A DNA stretch of 64,000 nucleotides, taken from positions 960,001-1,024,000 of the forward strand of contig CAVSOU010000010.1 in the NCBI GenBank assembly GCA_963729625.1, written 5' to 3'. This stretch comes from an uncultured bacterium (GTDB taxonomy: Bacteria; Chloroflexota; UBA5177; JANWHV01). Positions 50,778 through 60,937 of the stretch are shown one piece after another. The notes beneath the pieces were generated by a model. It was given only the letters and a program-made list of their open reading frames with translations. It had not been told where the DNA came from and did no database searches. The position numbers were made by a program, and so were the translations under genes. The first letter of the stretch is position 1. The number at the start of each line of letters is the position of its first letter.

Positions 50778-51341
50778 GTGTTCCTCCTTGCAGCCGGGTA
50801 ACAGACACCGTGCTGCAGCTGCACCGACCGCCATGCCAAGCCTGAAAGGCTGATGCACGAAGTCGGGCGCCCACAAGTGGGTCAAACGCCCACGGGGCAG
50901 ATGGGACCGCGCCGGACTTGACTGGACCAGATGCCGCGCTCAGCGGCATCCTGGGTCACCTATCTTCTCCTCGCCGGACCGCTCTTGGATGGTGCGAGCC
51001 GAGTCGCCGAGCTGCAGCACTCTGGTCTGGGGTTACAAGTTTATTTGAGCTACTTCACAGAATACATCGCAATAATAGCACATATTTCGGATAATAGATA
51101 GAGCTGTTTCATGATATACTCAATGTTGGGCGGACTGGATGCTGCGACCTTGTGTCGCGTGCAAGCGTTCCCGCCATACGGGAAGGCGCACGACTCAGGC
51201 GCGGCCGGCAGTGCGCAGGGTGCTGGAGGATCCGTGCCGCCACGTCTCGCGATCGCGAATGAAGGCGCAGTGCCATCTGTCCTTGGGCGGGCTTGAATGA
51301 ACGACCGTGAGTTGGCCTTACTGTAGTGGAGGAGCGATGCG

Positions 51342-51632
51342 ATGTCCACAGGCCGAAGAACCCTGTCACAGCATGAAATCGAGCTTCTTGTCCGCGACAT
51401 CCTGGCAAATGACCTGACTACACTCGACAAAGTTCGTACGCTCGCCGTGCTACGGCAGAAAGGGTACGACGATCCTGGCACCGAGTTGGGCCGCATCGAG
51501 TCGGAATTTCGTACTCCGCACAATCTGTTGATCGCCGGCCGGAATGCCAGTGGGGCACTGGATCGGCAGATCGAGGCTGCGGACCTCCGGGTGACTGTGG
51601 AGCTCTCGGAGATGCGATTACGTCGCCAATGA
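51342..51632 (+). CDS. Small hypothetical protein upstream of ECF sigma factor
   Basis: RBS GGAGGAG; helical amphipathic composition; stop lies next to the RBS of the sigma gene. Confidence 0.7.
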   Translation: MSTGRRTLSQHEIELLVRDILANDLTTLDKVRTLAVLRQKGYDDPGTELGRIESEFRTPHNLLIAGRNASGALDRQIEAADLRVTVELSEMRLRRQ

Positions 51633-51642
51633 GGAGGATAGG

Positions 51643-52413
51643 ATGAACACACTGACACGGGACCGATCGCTGTGCACGTGCTCGCGCGTGGCCAGTGCCG
51701 GCGAATGCGATATCGCTTCTGCACGTGTGAAGCCCGAGAGCGGATCATCCGATATGTGGTCGTCTATCCACCACGCCGCCACCCTCCTGTCGCTCGACGA
51801 CGCCGATCTGGTCGATCGCGCAGTAGGAACACACGCGGGTCCCCCAGATGCGGAAGCGTTTGGCGTGCTCTACGAGCGCTACGTGCAGGCTATCTTCGCC
51901 TTTGGATTGAGCAGGCTGCACAATGTCGCCCAAGCCGAGGACATCACCTCGCAGACGTTCTTGCAAGCGCTCCAGGCGCTGCCGCGCTATCAGCAGCGGG
52001 GCATCCCGCTCCGGCACTGGCTATTCACTATTGCCGCCAACGTGATCGGCGGCCTGTATCGAGCCTCTGCTCCCGGCATATATGCGCGGCTTGGGTCTCG
52101 AGAAGAGAATGGGCGGGCTGTGCAAGGCGCGGAGCCTGAACTCAACCTGCCCGACCCGCACGCCGAAGCGGATATCGATGCCTGCGTCGGGGCGGAAGAG
52201 TTCAAGCGCCTAGTACAGATCCTGCCGCGGGAGCAGGGGACGGTCATCCGTCTGCGCTTCGCCGACGGGCTGGCGATCGCGGCGATTGCAATGCGCACGG
52301 GACGCACAGCGGGAGCAGTCAAGGCGTTGCAGTTTCGCGGCGTGCAGGCGCTGCGGCGCCGGTTGGAGCAAGAGACCTGCGTGGCTCGCTCGCTCACAAT
52401 CGGCGCCCGTTAG
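51643..52413 (+). CDS. ECF-type sigma-70 factor
   Basis: AFGVLYERY, AEDITSQTF, WLFTIAAN (region 2); LPREQ..VI.LRF..G, GAVKALQFRG (region 4); RBS GAGGAGG. Confidence 0.9.
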   Translation: MNTLTRDRSLCTCSRVASAGECDIASARVKPESGSSDMWSSIHHAATLLSLDDADLVDRAVGTHAGPPDAEAFGVLYERYVQAIFAFGLSRLHNVAQAEDITSQTFLQALQALPRYQQRGIPLRHWLFTIAANVIGGLYRASAPGIYARLGSREENGRAVQGAEPELNLPDPHAEADIDACVGAEEFKRLVQILPREQGTVIRLRFADGLAIAAIAMRTGRTAGAVKALQFRGVQALRRRLEQETCVARSLTIGAR

Positions 52414-52446
52414 CCCTGGGAACGGCCATTCTCCGCGCTCTTGGTC

Positions 52447-53610
52447 CTAGCCGGCCGGTACCGGGTCAAGCGACCATTCAATGGTGTCGGCCACGGGCCC
52501 CATCGTGGTTAGTCCGCGTCGGTCCCCCCCGATGAGCAGAACGTGGTACTCATCGACTGCCACAGCTGCGAAGGCGGCCCACGGGTCGGGTAGCGATCCG
52601 GCCGAGAGCCAGGTTCTGCCATCGAAGAGAAGACACTGCATGGTCGGCTCACCGAGCACGGAATGCCCGCTGACCAGGAGCGCGCGGCCGCCCCCCACTG
52701 CGACCAGAGTACCACCTCGGTGATCTTGACCGGTGCTGCTGGTAGTCGTCCAGGTATCGGAGGTTGCAGTATAGAGCAAGGGCCGAGGTTCCGGGGAGCC
52801 GGGGCTGTCCGCCGTCGGACGCGCGCCGGCGAATAGCACGCGGTTTGCGTCCAGTACCACCGCCTGTGCTCCGTCCGACGTGAACGGCGGTTGTGCCAGG
52901 GTCACCCACTTGAGTGTAGTCGTCAGCAAGCATGCGCGCCGCACGGTGCGAGGCTGCGAGTGTTCGTCGATGACCACCGTGATCATCATCATCATGCCTC
53001 GACCCGGCAACATGACAGTTGAGTAGCTGGCGACATTGGATACGGGAGCTCCAATCGGTGTCCACCGCCGGTTGTAGAGGTCGAAGACTGCTCCCACGAA
53101 ACCACCTAAGCCCCCGACGGCGATGATCCGCGTCGCGTCCAGCCTGTACAGGACCGGCCTGAGCAGCGGCACCGGTACGCTTGGAAGCGTCATCCAGGTG
53201 CGGCCGGTCACGTCCAGCAGCAGCGCTTTGCTTGGCGCTGCGAGCGCACCACTGGCGAAAGACGGCGCGACAACCATGACCATCTCAGGCGTCAGGGCCA
53301 GTGCGGCAGGAGTGCCAATGTCGACCGGTGCATCCGGATATCGCGTCCAGCTCGCCGCTCCGGGCAAGAGAAGCGCTGCCAGACGGATATTCGATGTTTC
53401 GCCGCCCAGGACCACAACCGAGCCACCCCCCAGTGGAGCAGCCGTCAGCCAGTCGGCGGCGGTAGGCAAAGACGCACCGGCACGCCAGGCGCTGGTACCG
53501 ACGGCGGCACCGGACGCGGCGTGCGACGGGAGCCCTGGCAACAGCAGCACGAGGCCCGCTAGCGCAGCCACATACCATCGAAGAAACAAACGCGACATCG
53601 CAGCAGACAC
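52447..53610 (-). CDS. Secreted Kelch-repeat beta-propeller protein
   Basis: Signal peptide (PSHA), repeated VVVLGG/IIAVGG/LLIGG and Y....TW motifs. Confidence 0.8.
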   Translation of the reverse strand: MSAAMSRLFLRWYVAALAGLVLLLPGLPSHAASGAAVGTSAWRAGASLPTAADWLTAAPLGGGSVVVLGGETSNIRLAALLLPGAASWTRYPDAPVDIGTPAALALTPEMVMVVAPSFASGALAAPSKALLLDVTGRTWMTLPSVPVPLLRPVLYRLDATRIIAVGGLGGFVGAVFDLYNRRWTPIGAPVSNVASYSTVMLPGRGMMMMITVVIDEHSQPRTVRRACLLTTTLKWVTLAQPPFTSDGAQAVVLDANRVLFAGARPTADSPGSPEPRPLLYTATSDTWTTTSSTGQDHRGGTLVAVGGGRALLVSGHSVLGEPTMQCLLFDGRTWLSAGSLPDPWAAFAAVAVDEYHVLLIGGDRRGLTTMGPVADTIEWSLDPVPAG

Positions 53611-55099
53611 GACACCACAGTCCCCTCGCTGGGCGAAAGAGACGACAACCAGCGCCAGACTCGGGCCGGCGCGCGGTGCGCTTCAAGCATGGCCAGCGAA
53701 GCTCAGCCCGCTATCCAGTATGGGCGCTGCCCCCACCGATGTCAAGCATAAGTACAATTTAATATCATTATCTGGATCCACAGGCGCATATTGACGTTAA
53801 CTACCTAATAGTATTTGCGCCATCCACGAACACGCTTGATCGCGGGCGCGCTATCGGCAGGCTATGGACGACCAGCAGCGCGCTCCGAAGTGGGCTGGCG
53901 GCAGTCGAGGATCGGCACGCCATCCTGGTCAGTGCCTTGAGCCGGCGGCGACGGGAGATCGACGAGCAGATCCGCATCGTCCGTCATGGCCAGGAGCTCC
54001 TGTGGCTATAGCCGTACCCAGAAGCGGGCGAACACGGCCATGCCATTGGTGGAGGCGGTCAGATAGAGCTAGCGATGGATACGGCTACGAACTTGGGCGA
54101 GCCTATACGCGGCGGCGCACACAGCCTGATCCGGCTGGTCGTCCAGTAATGCGCCGACTTCTTCGCCGTCACGTTGCAAGCGCGATAGCTTGCCGCTGTC
54201 CGGACAAGTGTGACAGCAGTTTATGTGATGATATTAACAACGATTGGACATCTATCTAGAATATCACTCCAAATAGGGAGAGCAAATTATGTATATCGTT
54301 GACACCAACATCGTTGGGGCGCATACTGCATTCAAGTGGCCGGATCGCAAGTATGCGTGTTCTCATCATGCCGCTGGCGGCTCGGTGTGCCGCCGCGAGA
54401 GGGGAGTGCCCACGTGCCCATCCAACTCGAGACACAGCGAGGCGAAGCACAGTATCAGCCGGGCCGCTCGATTGATGCCTTGGTCCTCAATGGCTCGGAT
54501 CCGACGGCAACATGGCGGCTGCACATGCAGAATCAGACAATGGCCCGGCAGGCAGCTGAGCAGCGTTATGCGAGGCAAGCCCGTTCGGTAGAATTCGACG
54601 GTCCGCAGTCGAAAGAGGATGCGCGACGGCGCGCTGCGGGACTGCGCGCGGAAATGGCACGGATCAGTGCCGAGCATAGGGCATGGCTGCGGGAGCACCA
54701 GTCGGATGTCATCGATCGCCCGCGACGTACGCGTATCACGCTTACGGCAGCGCACCAATAGCCCGCGAATCTGGTTCGCATGCTGTGCTGTTGGAGACGT
54801 GGACTTCCGGGCATGCGGTGATGGCCGCGTGTCCGGCGGCAAAGGTGAGGATGAATCCTGACGATCATGCCCCATTGCGTCGCTTCGGACAGGCTACTCC
54901 TGGCCGGCCGGGGACGGCAATACGGATAGCCTCCTCGCTCCCGGCCATCGGCCCGAGCACGCGTAGCAAGCAAACACGCGATCAAGTTGAATTCCGGTAG
55001 AATCTGATTCTTGGCGCCGGGGCCACGGCATCGTGGGGTGCCGACCACTCCAAGTGCGCGGTAAGTCCGGGCACATGACAAACGAGAAGGATTGAATCC

Positions 55100-56815
55100 A
55101 TGCGAAACTATCTCATCCGGCTCCTGATATTCGCGGTACTTGTTTCAGCTCCCATCTCCACGTCCGGATGGCTGTCCGCCGGCCAGGCGTCCGCGGCTCA
55201 CGCCGCGCGCCCAGTTTCCGTGGCGATGGATACTTCCACCGAAACGGCTACTGCAACCGTCACCCAGACAGCAACAGCCACGCAGACTGCCACTGCCACT
55301 ATGACCGCAAGCGCGACCGTGACTCGAACCCCCACGATCACATCGACGGTCGCAGCACCAACTGCCACGGTCACCAACACGAGTACGGCGACAGTAACCG
55401 CTGCCGCCACGGCAACCTCAACACCGGTGACGGTACCGGGCGGCACCAGCGACTATTTCGCCGAGGGATTCACGGGCTTGGCCGCCACGAATGGGCGTGC
55501 GACGTTCACTGAGGTGCTCAACATCCTCAATCCCAGCCCAAGCGTTGCCAGTGCCACCATCACCTACTACATTCAGGGCGTCGCGGCACCTGTGGTGGTC
55601 ACGCGCAGCCTCGCGCACACCTCGGTCCTGACTGAGTCAGTCAATGCGGATGTCGGCGCGGACAAGATCGTGGCGGCCGTAGTCACCTCCCCAGAGCGCA
55701 TATATGTGACGCGCACGATCAGCCGTGTCGCTCCCGGCGGCAGCCGTCTAGACAGCAGCACCACCCTGCCGGTACGTGCCCCAGCCACTTCATGGGGCTT
55801 TCCCGAAGGCTATACTGGGGCGACGTTCCAGGAATACCTGACGGTGCTTAACCCCGGAAACACGCCGGCCAACGTAACCATCTTGCTCGCTCCTCAGGCA
55901 AGCAGCGCCGCGGGGGCGCGCACCCTGGCGCTTGTTGTGCCGGCGCTGAGCCGCACCACGGCCAACATTCGCAGTCTCAACCTGGCGGGCTCCGCGAAGT
56001 CGGTAGCCATGCTGATCGGCAGTGACCAGCCGATCGTGCCGGAGCGCGTGATTTACTTCGGCGATGGCTCCGGTTCAGGAAAGTTCGGATCTACGGTGAG
56101 CAGCGGCATCGCCGCGCCCTCGACTGCGCTGCGCTTCGCCTTCGGCAGTTCCGGTGGCTCCGGGCCGACCGGCAATCAGGACTTCATTACCCTGCTGAAC
56201 CCCAACACCACCGGCAACCCGGTCGTGGTGACCGCGTCATTCTCCGATGCGTCTGGACATCCGGTCGGCAGCGCCGCGACGGTGACCGTCAGCCCGGGCA
56301 CACGGCAGACCATTGTCGCCAACAACTACCTCGGTGCGGCCGCGCTGCAGGTATTCAGCGTAGCCCTGACCGCGACCGGCCCCATAGAGGCCGAATCCGC
56401 GCAGTACTTTAGCGGATCTCCCAACATCGGCCAGCATCCGGGCGTGGCCTTTCCCGCGCAGACGGGCGCCGCGACCGACGCTTTCCTCACGGACCTCTCC
56501 ACCAGACTCGCCGACAATGGCGCCACGGTTGACCGGTCCGTGTATCTCTACAATCCCGGAAGCGCGGCCAACCAGGTCGTCGCGACCTACTTCGGCGGCA
56601 ACGGCGCCACCTCGTCCGCGAGTTACATCGTGCCGCCGGGTGGTATCCGGGTGGTCGACGCGGACCAGGATTCACAGGCAACTATTCCACCCGGCCCGTT
56701 GGCGGCCGAGTTCACGCTAGCCGTCGGCAGCAGCGGTGGCTTTATCGCCTATGCCGTCGGCCTATCGGCCGATAATCTCTCGGCCACCGAAGACGTGGGC
56801 AACCCCGCGTACTAG
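55100..56815 (+). CDS. Secreted Thr-rich protein with YFAEG-type (DUF5719-like) domains
   Basis: Signal peptide, TATAT stalk, YFAEG..LNP, WGFPEG..LNP, ..LLNP, ..YNP modules; RBS AGAAGGA. Confidence 0.87.
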   Translation: MRNYLIRLLIFAVLVSAPISTSGWLSAGQASAAHAARPVSVAMDTSTETATATVTQTATATQTATATMTASATVTRTPTITSTVAAPTATVTNTSTATVTAAATATSTPVTVPGGTSDYFAEGFTGLAATNGRATFTEVLNILNPSPSVASATITYYIQGVAAPVVVTRSLAHTSVLTESVNADVGADKIVAAVVTSPERIYVTRTISRVAPGGSRLDSSTTLPVRAPATSWGFPEGYTGATFQEYLTVLNPGNTPANVTILLAPQASSAAGARTLALVVPALSRTTANIRSLNLAGSAKSVAMLIGSDQPIVPERVIYFGDGSGSGKFGSTVSSGIAAPSTALRFAFGSSGGSGPTGNQDFITLLNPNTTGNPVVVTASFSDASGHPVGSAATVTVSPGTRQTIVANNYLGAAALQVFSVALTATGPIEAESAQYFSGSPNIGQHPGVAFPAQTGAATDAFLTDLSTRLADNGATVDRSVYLYNPGSAANQVVATYFGGNGATSSASYIVPPGGIRVVDADQDSQATIPPGPLAAEFTLAVGSSGGFIAYAVGLSADNLSATEDVGNPAY

Positions 56816-56825
56816 GAGGCAGATA

Positions 56826-56867
56826 TCAAGGAGCCGCCGGGCGTCCGGTTGCCCGGCGGCTCCTTGA
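56826..56867. terminator. Hairpin terminator after 55100 gene
   Basis: 17-bp perfect stem TCAAGGAGCCGCCGGGC/GCCCGGCGGCTCCTTGA. Confidence 0.75.
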
Positions 56868-57031
56868 CGAAATCTGGCCACGCCCCGCCGGCACCGAGGC
56901 CAACGGGGGGGGGACCGAAGTCCACATTTGGCGACTCCCGCACGTGTGTTGCGCGCGCCTGAGGCTCCCTGGGATCTTTCCCAGGGCATCCTATCTGCGG
57001 CACGGCCTGCAGATCCCGACGCGGCTTGGCT

Positions 57032-58660
57032 CTAGATCTGCTCCGGTATCATGATGATGGCACCGCACGGACACTCCTGCATACACATGCCGCATCCTTT
57101 GCAGAAATCGAGATTGAAGGCAAATCGCTGGCCCTGGCCCAGCTTGATCACCGCGTTGTCCGGGCAACATCCGAAGCAGTTATCGCATTCGAAGCAGTTG
57201 CCGCAAGAGAGGCAGCGGCGGGCTTCGTAGAGGGCATTCGATTCGTCCAGTCCGCCCGTAACTTCCTCGAATGTCGTGTGCCGGCGTATCATGTCCAGTT
57301 CCGGCTGCACTGTCTTTGGAGCGTCGGTGTAGTACCACGTGTTCAGCTTGTCAAACGACGCGAGCTCGGCTTTGTCCGGTGCCTCATAGGTCGCACCGTG
57401 TAGATACGCGTCGATGCAGCGGGCGGCATGTTTGCCGTGGCCCACGCTTACCGTGATCGTACGCTCTCCGGGAACCATGTCGCCACCTGCGAAGATGCCC
57501 GGGTAAGCTGTCATGAGCTGACCGTCTACTTCGACGACTCCGTCCTTCCCATACTTCACGCCGGGAATGCGCTGCACGACAGTGGAGTCGACATCCTGGC
57601 CAAGCGCCAGCACCAGGCTGTCACCCGCGATGGCCTCAAACTCTCCTGTCGGCTGGGGCCAACCGTGTTCGTCGAGCACCATCTTCTCGATGATGAGCGC
57701 GTCTTCATCCATCTGCCGTATCGTGCTCAGCCAGCGCACGGTTACACCTTCCTCGAGCGCCTCCTGCACTTCGAAGTCGTGCGCAGGCATACGATCGCGC
57801 GTGCGCCGGTACACGATCACGGCCTCGGAACCCAGGCGCTTGGCCGTGCGAGCGGCATCCAACGCCGTATTGCCGCCACCGTACACGATGACTCTGCGGC
57901 CCAGCTGGGATGGCTCGTCTTCCGACTCGACACCTCGCAGCATGGTGACGGCATCCAGGATCCGGCTGGCGTCCACCGTGGGAATGTCAATGCGCTTGGC
58001 GAGCTGGGCGCCAATCGCAATGAAGCACGCGTCATATCCGTCCACTCTCATCGCGGCCGGTATGTCCTGTACTTTGGACTCCTGGATGATCTCGACACCC
58101 AGGTCGCGAATTCGCTGGATCTCAGCGTCCAGCACCTCGCGCGGGAGGCGGTAGGCAGGGATACCATAGCGCATCATGCCGCCCGGCTCCTTCTCGGCGT
58201 CCATGATCGTCACGGAGTGCCCTAGACGGGCCAGATGGTACGCGGCCGCCAGACCGCTGGGTCCCGCCCCAATGACCAGGATCTTCTTGCCGGACGACGG
58301 CGCCGTGACGGAAACGTTCCAGCCCTCGGCAATTGCCAGATCGCCCAAGAAGCGCTCTACGGCGTGGATATTCACCGCCGTGTCGAGTTGAGCCCTGTTG
58401 CAGGCTCCCTCACAGGCGTGATAGCACGCGCGGCCCATGACGGCAGGCAACGGGTTATCCTGCATGATCTGTTCCCAGGCGCCGCGATAGTTGCCCTCTT
58501 CGGCGTGGTAAAGCCAGGCCTGGATGTTCTCGCTCGCCGGGCACACGTTGTTGCACGGAGGCAATCGATCCACGTAGAGCGGCCTGTTGGTTCGCCAGGC
58601 GCCAGTGCGATTGGCGAGGCTCGTGCCAACGTCGAGTGTGGTGGCAAAGGGCTTATTCAC
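57032..58660 (-). CDS. GltD-like FAD/NAD(P)-binding oxidoreductase with C-terminal 2x[4Fe-4S] (PorD-like) domain
   Basis: PPCNNVCP, GRACYHACE, GAGPSG, GGGNTA, AGGD, RCLSCGNCFECDNCFGCCP, CKGCGMCMQECP; GTG start 58660 overlaps porB stop. Confidence 0.92.
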   Translation of the reverse strand: MNKPFATTLDVGTSLANRTGAWRTNRPLYVDRLPPCNNVCPASENIQAWLYHAEEGNYRGAWEQIMQDNPLPAVMGRACYHACEGACNRAQLDTAVNIHAVERFLGDLAIAEGWNVSVTAPSSGKKILVIGAGPSGLAAAYHLARLGHSVTIMDAEKEPGGMMRYGIPAYRLPREVLDAEIQRIRDLGVEIIQESKVQDIPAAMRVDGYDACFIAIGAQLAKRIDIPTVDASRILDAVTMLRGVESEDEPSQLGRRVIVYGGGNTALDAARTAKRLGSEAVIVYRRTRDRMPAHDFEVQEALEEGVTVRWLSTIRQMDEDALIIEKMVLDEHGWPQPTGEFEAIAGDSLVLALGQDVDSTVVQRIPGVKYGKDGVVEVDGQLMTAYPGIFAGGDMVPGERTITVSVGHGKHAARCIDAYLHGATYEAPDKAELASFDKLNTWYYTDAPKTVQPELDMIRRHTTFEEVTGGLDESNALYEARRCLSCGNCFECDNCFGCCPDNAVIKLGQGQRFAFNLDFCKGCGMCMQECPCGAIIMIPEQI

Positions 58661-59672
58661 TGGCTGTCTCCAATGTTCGCAGCAATTGGTAACGCTCGAT
58701 GTTCCGGTCCGCGATCCGCTGCAGCGCGGCAATTGTGCCTTCTGCTCGCTTTCCGCCCTTGAACAGGTGCCCGAATCGCTTCTGCGCCTCAAGATACTCA
58801 TCGACCGGCACAGCGCGCCGGATCGGAGTGCTCCCGGTCACCACGCCGTACTCGGCCTCAAAGAGCGGAAACATTCCACACTCCTGGGCCAGTCGCGCCA
58901 CCCGGATGGTGTCCTTCGGCTCGGTGCCCCAGCCAAGTGGGCACGGGACGAGAACCTGGATATAGCGGGCGCCCCGAAACTGCATGGCTCTCGTGACCTT
59001 CCGTTCCAGGTCGTGGAGGTCGGCCACGCTAGCAGTCGCCACGTACGGGATCTCGTGTGCCATGGCGATACGCGGCACATCCTTGCCGGCGTGGAAGGCG
59101 TTGCCCGGCTCGCTACCGACAGCCGGAGTCGTAGCGGTCCAGGCCGCGGGCGGAGTGGCGCTCGAGCGCTGCACGCCCGTATTCATGTAGCCCTGGTTGT
59201 CGTAGCAGATGTACAGCACATCGTCGTTGCGCTCGAACATGCCGGAGAGGCAGCCGAAACCGATGTCCGTCGTGCCGCCGTCGCCACCCTGCGCGACCAC
59301 GCGTATGTGCGTGCGCCCGCTGACGCGCAGCGCTGCCGCCACGCCGGAGGCGACGGCCGCGGCGTTGCCGAATAGCGAGTGAAGCCACGGCAACTGCCAT
59401 GAGGTCTCGGGATACGGCGTCGTGAACACTTCCAGGCAACCCGTGGCGTTGACCGCCACGAGCTGGTTGTTCGTGGCACGCATCGCGGCATCAAGGGCAT
59501 AGCGCGCGCCCAGCGCTTCGCCGCAACCCTGGCACGCGCGGTGACCGGACGTGATGGCGTTCGTACGATTCATCGAGGCTTGCACGGTCCTGATCGCCGG
59601 ATCGATGAGGCGGTTCCCGACCGTCAGCGTGCCCTTCTGGTAGAACTTGACCCGCTGGCCCGATTCACTCAT
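58653..59672 (-). CDS. porB: 2-oxoacid (pyruvate):ferredoxin oxidoreductase beta subunit
   Basis: GHRACQGCG, NATGC, GGDGG TPP motif, YDNQGYMNTG, PCPLGW. Confidence 0.93.
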   Translation of the reverse strand: MSESGQRVKFYQKGTLTVGNRLIDPAIRTVQASMNRTNAITSGHRACQGCGEALGARYALDAAMRATNNQLVAVNATGCLEVFTTPYPETSWQLPWLHSLFGNAAAVASGVAAALRVSGRTHIRVVAQGGDGGTTDIGFGCLSGMFERNDDVLYICYDNQGYMNTGVQRSSATPPAAWTATTPAVGSEPGNAFHAGKDVPRIAMAHEIPYVATASVADLHDLERKVTRAMQFRGARYIQVLVPCPLGWGTEPKDTIRVARLAQECGMFPLFEAEYGVVTGSTPIRRAVPVDEYLEAQKRFGHLFKGGKRAEGTIAALQRIADRNIERYQLLRTLETASE

Positions 59673-60937
59673 TGCTCTGTCCTCCCTTGGCTTTGGCGGA
59701 CGCGGCGCTCAGGTCCCGCAGGATGTTCTCGGCGATAGGCCCCGACCGGCGCTTGCCGTGCATGCGAGCGATCTCGCGGTTGACAACGTCCCAATTCAGG
59801 TCAAGGAAAGTGACATCGTCGAGCTCATCCCGCTCCGCCTGCTCGAAGAGGCGCGCGAAGCGATGCTTCGGTGATCGGGCGGCCTCCCAGACCGGCTATG
59901 GTCGTGAAGACGGGGATACTGCTACCGCGAAGCGCCATACGTACGTTGGAGGCAACAGTGCCGCCCAGGCCGACCGCAAGGCTCTTTTCCACGACGACGA
60001 TGCGCCGGGCACGTGCGAGCGCCTCGCGCGTCTCCTTCAATGGAAATGGGCGGAACGTCGTGATCGCTACGGAGCCGATCGAGTGGCCTTCTTCGCGCAT
60101 GGCGTCGATGACGTCCTTAATGGTCCCGTTCACTGAGCCCATTGCCACGATCAGCATATCGGCATCCTCGGCCCGGTAGCTGTGCAGCAGGCCGCCCGAC
60201 CTGCGGTCAAACTGCGCGGCAAACTCAGCGCCTAGCTCCGGAATCACCGAAAGCGCCTCCATCTGCTTGTAGTGCGCGAGATAACGGACTTCGCTGAAGG
60301 CGTCTGGCCCGACCATTGCGCCGATCGAGACCGGGTCCGAGGGATCGAGCACCTGAGCCGGCACATACGGCGGAAGGAACGCATCAACCTCAGCCTGGCT
60401 GGGTAGATCCAGCCGCTCAAATGCGTGCGTCAAGATGAAGCCGTCCACGCAGACCATCACGGGGCAACTCAGCTGTTCGGCCAGGCGGAACGCCTGAATA
60501 TGGATATCGATTGCCTCTTGATTGTCCTCCGCGAAAAGCATGATCCAGCCGGCGTCTCGCATCGACATCGCATCGCTGTGGTCGTTCCATATGTTGATTG
60601 GCGCGCCAATGGCGCGCGTCCCCAGGGTCATCACGATAGGCAACCCGAGTCCGCTCGCGTTGTAGACGGCTTCGGCCATGAACAGCAGGCCCTGGCTCGA
60701 GGTCGCAGTATAGGAGCGCGCGCCGGTGGCAGACGATCCGATGGCCACACTGAGGGCCGCGAACTCCGACTCGACATTGATGAACTCGCAAGCGGTCAGC
60801 GTCCCGTCCTTGACGAGCTCGCTGAGGCCTTCGACGATGTGCGTCTGCGGCGTAATCGGATACGCGCATATCACCTGTGGCCTGCACATGGCGACAACCC
60901 GCGCAAGTGCACGAGAACCCTCGATCTGCTTCAACAT
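59665..60937 (-). CDS. porA: 2-oxoacid (pyruvate):ferredoxin oxidoreductase alpha subunit, frameshifted near 59850
   Basis: AYPITPQT, VESEF, TATSSQG, FRPFP, GLGGR; given ORF stops at 59825 but another frame continues LFEQAERDELDDVTFLDLNW...SNE* to 59665, overlapping porB start (1273 bp = one extra base). Confidence 0.9.

Noticed and set aside
50790-50900. Possible c-di-GMP riboswitch in the leader of the 47874 gene
   Set aside because: Only loose resemblance; the conserved class I and class II core motifs are absent.
56905-56913. G9 homopolymer (phase variation?)
   Set aside because: Lies between convergent gene ends, not in a promoter or coding sequence.
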